The notes below the pieces were generated by a model, which was not told where the DNA came from, did not search any database, and worked only from the letters and a program-made list of their open reading frames with translations. Source: Candidatus Bathyarchaeia archaeon (lineage in GTDB: Archaea > Thermoproteota > Bathyarchaeia > 40CM-2-53-6). Taken from it: 64,000 bases of DNA. The first letter of the stretch is position 1; the number at the start of each line of letters is the position of its first letter. Where the stretch lies: the NCBI GenBank assembly GCA_050013255.1, contig JBEKFP010000001.1:32001-96000 (forward strand), written 5' to 3'. A program made the position numbers and the translations under genes. This document shows positions 8,176-17,370 of the stretch, one piece after another.

Positions 8176-8973
8176 TTGCACCCGGCTCACGAAATCCCGC
8201 AACATGGCAACCTCGTTCCGGCCTATTCGCGCTTTATCTTGCTTACCTACCTCAACCAAGTCGCTCAAACCATCTCAGCCAAGTTAACACTCGACCATAC
8301 TAGAGATGAAAGAGGACTGACGGACGATCTCATCGAAGAGCTAGTTCGATGGGATCAAACAACCCTGCCAGAATCATTGCACTATGAGGGATGGAGACTT
8401 GAGTTGCGAATGAGTAAAGTCACACAGAAGTTAGAGAGTCAATTAGGAGCAGATCTCGGCCTTATCACAACCCTTAGCACACGTATGTGTCGCGTCGAAA
8501 AGGCTCTACTTTTCCAATGCAAGCGCCTTCACCCTACAGGACAATCTGAATTCACCCCTGAATCTTGCTACGGAGACCTTATGGAAGAACATGGTCGAAA
8601 GCAGGCGACAGATATGCTTGCTCATACACCCGCGAGTTTCTTCTTATTGTTTAACCCAAGAATCTCTCACGTGCACAATGATTTGGAACTAATCAATAGC
8701 AAGCCATTGAGAGAAGATCATGGAGTCAGTCTGCACGCCGGATTCCAAGATATTCTCATATTGCCTGCTACCACGCGCATTGGAATGCATAGCACGGGAG
8801 GCCTCGAAGATTTGTTTCCATATACAACATGCTTCTCTCAATTCATCGTTCAGGACGTCTTCCAATGTAACGTAGGTGATGCGTCCGCGTTGGCGCTGGC
8901 CACTGCTAGAAACAAGAACGAGGAATTTCGTGTCCGGATTTCTCTCGAAATGGACCTGCTCTTTGAAGACTAG
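8176..8973 (+). CDS. Putative PD-(D/E/Q)xK nuclease-fold protein
   Basis: ESQLGADLGL...ALLFQCKRL matches the E..GAD...QxK variant; start codon uncertain. Confidence 0.55.
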   Translation: MHPAHEIPQHGNLVPAYSRFILLTYLNQVAQTISAKLTLDHTRDERGLTDDLIEELVRWDQTTLPESLHYEGWRLELRMSKVTQKLESQLGADLGLITTLSTRMCRVEKALLFQCKRLHPTGQSEFTPESCYGDLMEEHGRKQATDMLAHTPASFFLLFNPRISHVHNDLELINSKPLREDHGVSLHAGFQDILILPATTRIGMHSTGGLEDLFPYTTCFSQFIVQDVFQCNVGDASALALATARNKNEEFRVRISLEMDLLFED

Positions 8974-8997
8974 ATTTGATTTGACGTCAGGCATTTT

Positions 8998-9034
8998 CTG
9001 GGGGGGTGGGTCAGCTGGTGCGCACACACACAAA
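8998..9034 (-). repeat. Island repeat site D (inverted orientation)
   Basis: Minus strand reads TTTGTGTGTGTGCGCACCAGCTGACCCACCCCCCCAG; core TGGTGCGCACACACACA at 9016-9032. Confidence 0.8.
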
Positions 9035-9070
9035 GCGAGGGACTTGGTCAACGTGGCCGCGGATTTTTTC

Positions 9071-10153
9071 CTACTTTCGATATCCTCGCACGATATTGGT
9101 AGCAGCTATTCGTGAGCGATCCGCGGACCTACGGAGGTGTTCTAGAGTTTCTTGTGGACGATAAGAAAGCTTCGCCTCTTCACCATCATTCAACCACTCA
9201 AGATATGATGCATTATTGAGGGTCGCTTCAGTGGCATAGATAGCTCCTTTTGGAGGGACTGCATCAGGAAATGATTCCGCGAGAGAAGCCATAGCAATCT
9301 GATAATCCGTAGTGATAGGAATTTCGATGAATGGAGGAGCAAATCTGTTTCCTCGTTTCAATCCGTCAACAGCTAACTCTGCCACCTTGGATAGTGGAAC
9401 CGGAAGATTGGCCAGTTCCGCTGCAGTCTCAGCGGCTCTAATTGCCAGTTTGAAATCTTCACGTTTCACAAGGCTTTCAATCGCTCTTTCCATCCTGCGC
9501 AATAACACGTCCGGTTTGCGAACTAAGCCCAGTTTTCCCGAGAGATTAACTACGGTTGAATATTCGCTCGACTCTATGATTTTCCAAAACAGACCGCGTA
9601 TGTTTGCCTCAGAAACTTGTCCAACCACCTCAGTCCCTCCAACAAGAGATGGGTTGTATCTTGATGCAATGAGTGCCAATTCAGCCAATCTGTATCGTGC
9701 CTCACCATGAAACAATCCTGGATCGATTATTGGGATGAACTCCATCATATGGGTCAAGTCATAGCATGCGACAGAGGCTCCGTATTTGCAGCCAAGAGCA
9801 AGGTTGTACAAGGCGTTTAGCGCAAAAGTCACAAAAGTGTCTTCTGGCCACTTCGATGCCTGTTTCCCAATTGGCATTAGGTAATCGCGAACGCGGGACA
9901 GTATTTTTCCATCCTCATCGATCAGTCTTATTCGATTTCGACGAGTGGTTGGTACTTGCTGCAGGGCCTCAGCAACCCTTTCTCTTTCATTTGACCCTGG
10001 AACAGGAACGAGAATCTGATCTGCTCCCAATGATGTAAGTAGGATCGCAGACGAATTGAGGGTGGACGCTTTTACAGGTTTGCCTCCCAATTCTCCCAGA
10101 ACGTCTTTGTGTTCAAGAACTACCGGATTTTCCAACTCCCACGCCCCTCGCAC
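9071..10153 (-). CDS. Hypothetical protein, paralog of 6013-7086
   Basis: 360-aa ORF, colinear with the 357-aa protein and roughly half identical by eye. Confidence 0.85.
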   Translation of the reverse strand: MRGAWELENPVVLEHKDVLGELGGKPVKASTLNSSAILLTSLGADQILVPVPGSNERERVAEALQQVPTTRRNRIRLIDEDGKILSRVRDYLMPIGKQASKWPEDTFVTFALNALYNLALGCKYGASVACYDLTHMMEFIPIIDPGLFHGEARYRLAELALIASRYNPSLVGGTEVVGQVSEANIRGLFWKIIESSEYSTVVNLSGKLGLVRKPDVLLRRMERAIESLVKREDFKLAIRAAETAAELANLPVPLSKVAELAVDGLKRGNRFAPPFIEIPITTDYQIAMASLAESFPDAVPPKGAIYATEATLNNASYLEWLNDGEEAKLSYRPQETLEHLRRSADRSRIAATNIVRGYRK

Positions 10154-10218
10154 TACCCGATATCAAGCTAGGCTCTACTCGTTCTCCTCTGAATAGAGAT
10201 TTCCATTCAGCTCAAATC

Positions 10219-10322
10219 TTGAATCGTCGTCCGTCTAAGTGTGTGTGTGCGCACCATTAGAGCCACACACACAAAATAACGCCTGAACTGACGGTTCAAA
10301 TCACTATCAGTACCACACACAC
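10219..10322 (+). repeat. Island repeat site E
   Basis: AAGTGTGTGTGTGCGCACCATTAGAGCCACACACACA...ACGGTTCAAAT (10291-10301)...CCACACACAC; 10219-10231 is the reverse complement of GACGACGATTCAA in site A. Confidence 0.9.
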
Positions 10323-10459
10323 GAAACGCGCACCTCTTTTGATTGGGAATCAATCATAGGGCTGAAGATTTCGCACTGGTGGTTTGTTTATTCACAGTTG
10401 AGAATTGTTCATCGCGAAATCCGGCTTCGACAAGCCCTCCTGTCGTCGGGGACGTTAGG

Positions 10460-11896
10460 CTATAATCGATCAAGAACTGGGTGGTGCAGCCCCTCGTGAA
10501 GCGTCTTCTCCCAGAATCTTGCACCCCGTAGCATCTGCCAAAGGGCTCTGAGAACCGGTAGACCCCAGAGAATCCAATAGAACATTATCGTGGAAACTGC
10601 GAGTCCGTAGTAATGTACTTTCTCCGTTATTCCATTGACCGTTTTGCCAACCGTTGCGGCAATTCCCCGAACTGTCAGTAAGATGTGCCACAATAATAGA
10701 AGCATGTTGAAAGTGCTGAGGGTGGCAAGCCACGGGTTGTCCACAACGGGGAGGAGTGAAGTTGGCAGCGAAATTCCTGAGGCTAACTGAATTGGCAAAA
10801 GAATAGCGACCAGCAAAGATAGCACCATCAATGGGTAGCCTATTATTGAGAGAAAAGGAACGAAGAAACCGAGCAGATAGTAGAACATAAGAAAACCGAT
10901 TCCAAACCGCCGTCTAAGTGGGAAATCTCTCCAGTACTTTCCTAGTCGCCCCACGGTGTAGAGAGTGCCCCGTATCCAGCGCGTTCGCTGATTAGCCCAT
11001 CCACCTTCGTTCCGTGTCCTCAGCAGCGTCCTAGGTGCCTCTTCATAGGTATCCACGTCGATAATGCCAACCCGATAGCCGTATCCGTAGAGTCGAAGCC
11101 CAAGCTCCAAATCCTCCGTAACGTTCGTTGGGTCCCACCCTCCAAGGGAATTCAAGACATCACGGCGGATGTAGTAGCAGGTTCCCCCAAGAGCCACTGG
11201 AAGACCTCTCATCCGAACCTTTGGAAGAAGCCATGCAAACCAAAATGCATAGTCCCCGACGGACTGAAGCGACAACCAACTGTCCCTGTAATTGATGAAC
11301 CTAAGCCTTCCTTGGACAGCGTCGAACCCATTAACTTGCAGACACTGAGCTGCCTTTCGAAAAACCAAAGGATCACCTTGCACATCCTCAGCATCAACCA
11401 CTGTCACTATCTCGCCTGTGGCCATTGGCAATGCGTAAGTGAGGGCTCGCGGCTTCGAATCAGGCAACTGCTCCGCGTCAATATCAGCCCATTTGGCTCC
11501 TCGTTGTCTGACTTGGGAGATAAGTAGGTTCCATGATGGATCGCTATTGTTTGGAACCACAAGATGGGTCACGCCTAATTCTCGCGACATCCGGTCCGCT
11601 ATTACGCCTGTGTTCATGTCATCAGAATCCGTAACTAGCAATATCTCCTTCTTTTCGACGGGATAATCCAGAGAGGTGAGTGAGAGAAGACTGCGCCTAA
11701 GGACCGATTCTGGCTCATTCCTTGCTGCAAGAATAGCAGTTATTCTTGGCAGGTCCGCCGACCCGTCCGGAAGAGGATTCGCTGCGTCAACGAAAAGTCG
11801 TTCACGGCCTGAACACCCTAAGAAGAAGATCTTGGCGTTCCAAACCAAATAGAGAATCTGTGTTACAACTATGAAAAGGAGTACGTCAGCAGGCAC
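10460..11896 (-). CDS. Processive GT2 glycosyltransferase (cellulose-synthase-like)
   Basis: KPRAL, VVDAED, TEDL and QRTRW (D,D,D,QxxRW) motifs; C-terminal TM helices. Confidence 0.9.
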   Translation of the reverse strand: MPADVLLFIVVTQILYLVWNAKIFFLGCSGRERLFVDAANPLPDGSADLPRITAILAARNEPESVLRRSLLSLTSLDYPVEKKEILLVTDSDDMNTGVIADRMSRELGVTHLVVPNNSDPSWNLLISQVRQRGAKWADIDAEQLPDSKPRALTYALPMATGEIVTVVDAEDVQGDPLVFRKAAQCLQVNGFDAVQGRLRFINYRDSWLSLQSVGDYAFWFAWLLPKVRMRGLPVALGGTCYYIRRDVLNSLGGWDPTNVTEDLELGLRLYGYGYRVGIIDVDTYEEAPRTLLRTRNEGGWANQRTRWIRGTLYTVGRLGKYWRDFPLRRRFGIGFLMFYYLLGFFVPFLSIIGYPLMVLSLLVAILLPIQLASGISLPTSLLPVVDNPWLATLSTFNMLLLLWHILLTVRGIAATVGKTVNGITEKVHYYGLAVSTIMFYWILWGLPVLRALWQMLRGARFWEKTLHEGLHHPVLDRL

Positions 11897-11934
11897 CTAG
11901 GAACAGCTCAACAGAGAATGATCTCAGATTGGTG

Positions 11935-12429
11935 TCATTTTGCTTTGGGGGAGAAGGGATGGCCGAGCTTCCACGCGATGGCTATGACTGCGAGCTCTAG
12001 TATGAGAGTAAGGTCAATAAGTAGCCCTGGGACCCCGGGAGGGTTTCCGAAACTGACGGACAGGCTGCTAGCGGGGTTAAACAGATAGTCGGCAAACTGC
12101 CCATAGCTTGAGAATCGATAAACTGAGGCTTGCGAGACGTCAGCAAATTGCAAAATGACCCTGAGTACGCACCATATGATCGCAATCGAGAAAACCATCT
12201 TCACCGGTCTAGCAAGAACATAGATCCCAACCGCGATGTCAACAACTACGAATGCTAACAGCGCATAGTAGTGTAGGGTCGCAAAAGTTCGCAGAACATT
12301 ATCAAGAGCCAATAGTGCAATTCCCAAGATGGCGCTAAGGATGAGCAACGCCCCACATGCTTTCGAAGCCCTGGGGCCTTGAGGAACTGACAATTCAACC
12401 CACTTTAGCAAGGAAAGCGGGGGCGTCAT
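11935..12429 (-). CDS. Hypothetical membrane protein (about 4 TM)
   Basis: 164-aa hydrophobic ORF directly upstream of the GT2 gene. Confidence 0.75.
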   Translation of the reverse strand: MTPPLSLLKWVELSVPQGPRASKACGALLILSAILGIALLALDNVLRTFATLHYYALLAFVVVDIAVGIYVLARPVKMVFSIAIIWCVLRVILQFADVSQASVYRFSSYGQFADYLFNPASSLSVSFGNPPGVPGLLIDLTLILELAVIAIAWKLGHPFSPKAK

Positions 12430-12507
12430 ATATATTTATTACTACGCTTGTAGTAGCTTTAATGCATAGCATAGTTTATGAAGTGGAAAGTGTGTTGTGG
12501 CAAAATC

Positions 12508-12885
12508 ATGACAGATTCTGAGTTCCTCAAGGCCTTGACATCAACTGAAGCGATAGACCTTACGGTTAAGGATCAGAAAACTGGACGAAGCAGCTCGAGA
12601 CCAGTTTGGTTTGTCATGGAAAGCGAAAAGCTGTATCTTCTCCCAATGACAGGGTCCGACTCAGAATGGTATAAGAATATACTCGTCAACGCTGAAGTGC
12701 AAATCTCTGCCAGGAGTCCATTAAGAGTGTTAGGGATGAAGGGCAGAAAACTAACCGCGAACACCAAACCGATACAAGCCTCAGAAGTAGCGGACGTGGT
12801 TCAGAAGTTCAAATCGAAATATGGAGCAGCAGAAATTAGCAAGACTTACTCCAAACTTGATGCAGCTGTGCAGGTTCTGATCTAG
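12508..12885 (+). CDS. Deazaflavin-dependent nitroreductase-like / split-barrel protein
   Basis: LTVKDQKTGRSSSRPVWFV...SEWYKNI pattern; alternative start at 12478. Confidence 0.7.
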   Translation: MTDSEFLKALTSTEAIDLTVKDQKTGRSSSRPVWFVMESEKLYLLPMTGSDSEWYKNILVNAEVQISARSPLRVLGMKGRKLTANTKPIQASEVADVVQKFKSKYGAAEISKTYSKLDAAVQVLI

Positions 12886-13067
12886 ACGCATACGAAATAA
12901 AAGTCGTCATCCGGTACATAACTCCGAGTTCCCCATGCTGGGGAGTGACAATATTCGAAGCCAAGAGTGAGGAAGCAGTGTTCAACGCACAACTTCTTTT
13001 GGGCACTGAGGGTCAACCGGTCTCGTTGATCGATGGAGGAGACGTCTGTGTATTGGCGCTGAGAAGC

Positions 13068-13247
13068 TTACTTGCTCTTCATGAGGTCGTAGTCGAGACC
13101 TATCCATATCACGCTGGCCACCCCGATAATTACGCCTGCAGCCAGCCATGGCAGGTACGTATAGCTAGTCCAAGTCCACCATAAATCTGCAATGATAATT
13201 ATGATTCCCATCAAGATTGCAAGGTAGGACTTCGCATTAGTAGTCAT
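13068..13247 (-). CDS. Small 2-TM membrane protein (59 aa), missed by the ORF track
   Basis: MTTNAKSYLAILMGIIIIIADLWWTWTSYTYLPWLAAGVIIGVASVIWIGLDYDLMKSK; two clear hydrophobic helices and a basic tail. Confidence 0.6.
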   Translation of the reverse strand: MTTNAKSYLAILMGIIIIIADLWWTWTSYTYLPWLAAGVIIGVASVIWIGLDYDLMKSK

Positions 13248-13929
13248 TCAAAATCCAACAAGTGTGTTTGCTTGATCATCGGCTAAAAAATCTTTGGTTA
13301 AGTTGTCCAGACGATCTTGTTTGCAGTTCAAGTCGACAATCCGTTGGCAATCCGATTTTGGAGACGCATACGATGCAGAATCGGAAATAGTCAGGTTCCT
13401 CGGCCAGAAGGAACTGAAGTCTACTGTCTTTAGAAAGATACCTAGTCTGTCACCATCGAATGCCCGTGCACTGTCGGACTCGCCCAAGGTTACTGGTTCG
13501 ATTCCTCGCATGTATAAATACCATCTGTAAAATTCTCTTTGCAGAAGGACAGATTCCAGCTACACGAATGGGCCATGACTGGCTAAGTCTACCGATTGCT
13601 TGTTCATTTTCGCATGCCCCAAAGAGTTCTACTCCGCGTTCCACAGATAATAGACTTTTCAAACAAAATCCCTCCAGCATAATGTAAAGGAAAGTGGGAC
13701 TCTACTTACTACATACGTGCGCGGTAGCTTTCTGCTCGTTGCAATATGCGATTGAGGTTTGCACTCTAACGGAGAGTAGTTAAGGTGGTTTTCGTAGGTA
13801 TTGGTGCGCGGCATGACGTGGATTGACCTGCACCGAGGCGCCTCACGCCAGATGAGGAGATGCATCTCCGCTGACCGCAATAACCCTTATAGTGAATAGG
13901 TGGTTCTTGCCGTCTCGAACGGTGCCCGA

Positions 13930-14526
13930 ATGTCGGAATCTCGGGAATACGTAGCGCCCAGCTGGGACAAGATCTACGAGATGATGGTTGACCTAGCTGT
14001 AAGAATCAGAAAGTCCGGTTTCAAACCAGACCTTATCGTAGGCGTATCTCGGGGCGGTTGGGCCCCTGGTAGAATCCTGTCCGACCTACTGGAGAACACC
14101 CACACGGCTAATGTCAAGATTGAGTTCTACGTGGGCATCGAGAAGACAGGGCGCAAACCCGTCGTTACTCAACCGATTGCCGAGAACATTTCCAATAAGC
14201 ATGTGCTAGTGGTCGACGACGTGGCGGATACCGGGGAAAGCCTCAAAGTCGCTCTTGATCACGTGCGTGAGAAGGGTGCTGGAGAAGTGAAGACGGTAAC
14301 AGTATACTACAAGCCGCACAGCACATTCAAACCAGACTTTTTCGCAGACACGACGAGGAATTGGATAATTTTCCCATGGGAGAGACTGGAGGCCGCGAAG
14401 TTGTTGCTTGAGGAGGCCAAGGCTGAAGGACGAACCCTAGATTCTGTTCGTGGAATATTGAAGAAGTGTGGGGTAGAGGGCAAACTTGCAGACTCGTTGT
14501 TTGAGCTCGCCAACGGCGGTTCCTAG
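13930..14526 (+). CDS. Purine phosphoribosyltransferase (HGPRT/XGPRT-like, type I PRT)
   Basis: VSRGG and VLVVDDVADTGESL PRPP loop; WIIFPWE. Confidence 0.9.
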   Translation: MSESREYVAPSWDKIYEMMVDLAVRIRKSGFKPDLIVGVSRGGWAPGRILSDLLENTHTANVKIEFYVGIEKTGRKPVVTQPIAENISNKHVLVVDDVADTGESLKVALDHVREKGAGEVKTVTVYYKPHSTFKPDFFADTTRNWIIFPWERLEAAKLLLEEAKAEGRTLDSVRGILKKCGVEGKLADSLFELANGGS

Positions 14527-14529
14527 TCA

Positions 14530-15096
14530 TTGCTATTCGAGATCAAGGACTCAGCAGATTTCGTTTGGATTTCAGCCTTCAACACCAAGCCAGACGGCGT
14601 AGAACGTGTACTACAATCAATCCAGGGGAAGTACCCGGACGTTAGCATTCAGTTAGTAGACTTGGACAACGTGGCAGGATCCCGGTATCTGTTTCTGGCC
14701 ACGTATAATGCCCTCAAATCATTCCGTTCAAAGCAGCCCATCGCGCGCTCGCTCGGCATGGAAATCCTGCTTTACGCCGCTGGAAACAGGCAGATAGGCG
14801 AAGCACTGAAAAACGTTGGCATTACCCCGGCGACTAGAAAGGTTGCCACAATTGCGGTAGGCAAGTCAAGAGTGCAAGTCCTAGAATCTGCTGCCGCTCT
14901 CCGTGATATCCTCAAGAAAGAGGAATCCGACGACTTGATCGACAAGTGGGATCAAGATCGCATTAAGCGCGTTCGATCTGTCTTTGGGATTGGAGACAAG
15001 GAAATTAAGGCATTGCGCCACAAGAATGAAGACGCGGTCAAAGCGCTGGAGCATTTGGCAATTGAAAGGTCCGCTATGCTCGCAATAAAGAAATGA
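14530..15096 (+). CDS. cgi121: KEOPS complex subunit Cgi121
   Basis: IARSLGMEILLYAAGNRQIGEALKNVGI signature; terminal ERSAML. Confidence 0.88.
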   Translation: MLFEIKDSADFVWISAFNTKPDGVERVLQSIQGKYPDVSIQLVDLDNVAGSRYLFLATYNALKSFRSKQPIARSLGMEILLYAAGNRQIGEALKNVGITPATRKVATIAVGKSRVQVLESAAALRDILKKEESDDLIDKWDQDRIKRVRSVFGIGDKEIKALRHKNEDAVKALEHLAIERSAMLAIKK

Positions 15097-15101
15097 AAGC
15101 C

Positions 15102-15629
15102 TCAGGCTTTGTGTTTCTCGCGTTCAATTGAAAGAGTATCATCTGAACTAATTAGGGCAAGTCCTGCCAGGTGGCCGATTACTTCGACCAGGACGATCTT
15201 GTCAGGATTATCCAGATCGACTTTTCGCTCAATACGCTTTGCAATAGTATCGATTATCGTCTTGCTGGATAAATCCGTATGCCGCTTCTCAACCGTAACC
15301 CTGAACTTCTCTCCTGTCCCTATTCCTTCTGCAAGTGCCACAGCAGCTCCAACTATTGCATCGAGGCTACTTTCTACGACTTCTTGAATCGGGACGAGTT
15401 TCAAGGTGTACTTGAATTCCCACGGCCTCTCTTTTAGAAGAACCCGAAGGTCTCGAATTGCTTTGATGGGATCGAGTTTTGTCTCGGCAACGACTAAGCC
15501 TATGACTGAGGTCGTCTCGATTGTTGACCCGCGGTCGCCGACCTCTCCGAGTAGGTACCACATTTCGCTGCACGTGTTCTTCTCGTTGCCCCTGCTGGTC
15601 GAGATGACTAGATCGAAGTCGTTCAGCAA
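15102..15629 (-). CDS. THUMP-domain RNA-binding protein
   Basis: FRVTVEKRH...KVDLDNPDKIVLVEVIG. Confidence 0.88.
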   Translation of the reverse strand: MLNDFDLVISTSRGNEKNTCSEMWYLLGEVGDRGSTIETTSVIGLVVAETKLDPIKAIRDLRVLLKERPWEFKYTLKLVPIQEVVESSLDAIVGAAVALAEGIGTGEKFRVTVEKRHTDLSSKTIIDTIAKRIERKVDLDNPDKIVLVEVIGHLAGLALISSDDTLSIEREKHKA

Positions 15630-15675
15630 CGTGATGCCCCGGTTTCTTGCGAAAGGTAAGCTCGTACCTTAATAG

Positions 15676-16299
15676 CTATCTTGGAGCCATCTCCCGAAGG
15701 CACCGCATTATTTCCGGTTTCCCGATTGGTCCTTCACGTAGAATCGTGAGGTTAGGTTTGGTAAGGTCGACCACCGTTGAGGCTACTCCCAGAGGAGTTG
15801 TACCCCCATCCAAGACTAGGTCAACACGATCTCCAAGTTCCCTAACAACTTGATCTGCAGATACAGCCGGCGAATGCCCGGTGAGATTGGCACTAGTCCC
15901 CACTAAGGCCCCCGAGCACAGGCCGAGGAGGCTCAAGCAGACCGCGTGTTTTGGGGAACGCAAGCCAACTGTCCCAGACGGGACAAGAATTTTCGGGAGA
16001 GCTCCGAGAGCGGGAAGAACAATCGTTAGCGGGCCTGGCCAGAATCTTCGTGCAAGCTTTGTTGCGTGGTCCGAGACTTGGGCGAAGCGTTTCGCGATTT
16101 CTATGTCTTTCACCAATAGGGGCATCGGTTTCGTGCGAGCACCCTTCACTTGCATCGAGCGTTCAACCGCTGAAGCGTCAAACGGGTCGCATCCTAAGCC
16201 GTATACTGTCTCCGTGGGATAACAGATGAGGCCCCCCTTTCGGACCACGTCCGCGGCTGCAGTCAGACCCTCTAGGTCGGCTCTCAAGACACGTACCAA
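15676..16299 (-). CDS. tsaC: L-threonylcarbamoyladenylate synthase (TsaC/YrdC-only type)
   Basis: YPTETVYGLG, FWPGPLTIV, TSANLTG and STVVDL motifs; start moved to TTG 16299 to avoid overlap with the divergent gene. Confidence 0.9.
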   Translation of the reverse strand: MVRVLRADLEGLTAAADVVRKGGLICYPTETVYGLGCDPFDASAVERSMQVKGARTKPMPLLVKDIEIAKRFAQVSDHATKLARRFWPGPLTIVLPALGALPKILVPSGTVGLRSPKHAVCLSLLGLCSGALVGTSANLTGHSPAVSADQVVRELGDRVDLVLDGGTTPLGVASTVVDLTKPNLTILREGPIGKPEIMRCLREMAPR

Positions 16300-16410
16300 T
16301 GAAATCGACGAACCTAACGGAACAACCAAGGCCGCGAACTGCTTAAAGATTAGTTCTCGAGACTCACCCATTCCGTTCGCAGTTATCGCGGAAGATACGA
16401 GGCTACCGAC

Positions 16411-17370
16411 GTGAAGACCAAGCCTAACAAGATCGTTGTTCATGGTGGAGCGGGATTCTGGAAGAGCGATATCAGAAAGGCTTTGATCGGCGTAAGAAAC
16501 GCAGCGTCCTCTGGGTCGAGGGTTCTAATGGAAGGCGGCTCCGCACTCGATGCTGTCGAAACGGCTGTTTCGGTCATGGAAGATGACCCGATATTCAATG
16601 CTGGCAGAGGCTCATCTCTGACCTTCACCGGGGAGGTTGAGATGGATGCAGCCATAATGGATGGAAAGAACCTTTCTGCAGGCGCCGTCGCACTGGTCAG
16701 GAAAATCAAGAACCCAGTCCATCTGGCCCGCTTAGTCATGGAAAAAACCGACCACGTTCTTGTGGCAGGGCGGACGGCTGAGAGGCTTGCAAAGGCCTAC
16801 TCACTTCCTACAACAAATCCGATAACCTCGAAGAGGCGCCAAATGCTTCTGAAACTAAAGAGAAACCCGCTAGTCGTAGGATCACCCTGGGTCCGGAAGA
16901 ACCCTATATTGCTACGAAATCATCCCGAGATCATTAAACATGACACCGTTGGTGCCGTGGCTATGGATGCGGCAGGCAATTTCGCAGCCGCAGCCTCAAC
17001 GGGTGGGACAACAATGAAGTTGCCCGGCAGAATCGGGGATACCCCACAGATCGGTTCAGGCGTCTATTCAGACAACCTGTGTGGAGCAACAACCGTAACT
17101 GGCTGGGGCGAAGTGGCCATCAAGCTGACCCTTTCGAAAGCTGTGTGCATGGCGATGGAAGGAGGGTTGTCAGCATCTAGGGCAGCAGAACTTGCGGTTG
17201 AGACGGCGTCGAAACGTTTGAAGGGCGACGCTGGCGTAATAGCGATCGACCGCCAAGGGCAACTTGCCGCAGTTCACAATACACCATTCATGCCATGGTC
17301 CTTCTGGGCAACTGGGATGGGGCACCCTAGAACGGCTTCGCGGGGAAAAATAGTGGCTCCGTTGCGTTGA
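16411..17370 (+). CDS. Isoaspartyl peptidase/L-asparaginase (Ntn hydrolase)
   Basis: HGGAG, FNAGRGS, DTVGAVA autoproteolysis site, GRIGDTP, TGWGE. Confidence 0.93.
   Translation: MKTKPNKIVVHGGAGFWKSDIRKALIGVRNAASSGSRVLMEGGSALDAVETAVSVMEDDPIFNAGRGSSLTFTGEVEMDAAIMDGKNLSAGAVALVRKIKNPVHLARLVMEKTDHVLVAGRTAERLAKAYSLPTTNPITSKRRQMLLKLKRNPLVVGSPWVRKNPILLRNHPEIIKHDTVGAVAMDAAGNFAAAASTGGTTMKLPGRIGDTPQIGSGVYSDNLCGATTVTGWGEVAIKLTLSKAVCMAMEGGLSASRAAELAVETASKRLKGDAGVIAIDRQGQLAAVHNTPFMPWSFWATGMGHPRTASRGKIVAPLR

Noticed and set aside
5853-8303. Short ORFs 5853-6128, 8025-8303 and 8033-8287
   Set aside because: They are translations of the repeat itself (THT..., VQIxLPAP) and overlap better genes
5852-10322. 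CRISPR array interpretation of the repeats
   Set aside because: Copies are degenerate, in both orientations and separated by whole genes rather than 30-45 nt spacers; no cas genes
13856-13869. 14-bp palindrome GGAGATGCATCTCC upstream of the PRTase gene
   Set aside because: Single occurrence with no supporting regulator; cannot be distinguished from chance
13248-13880. Several overlapping 73-87 aa ORFs; possible pseudogene; lone TGGTGCGC at 13802
   Set aside because: No recognisable motif or consistent frame, and an 8-bp match to the island repeat is too short to call
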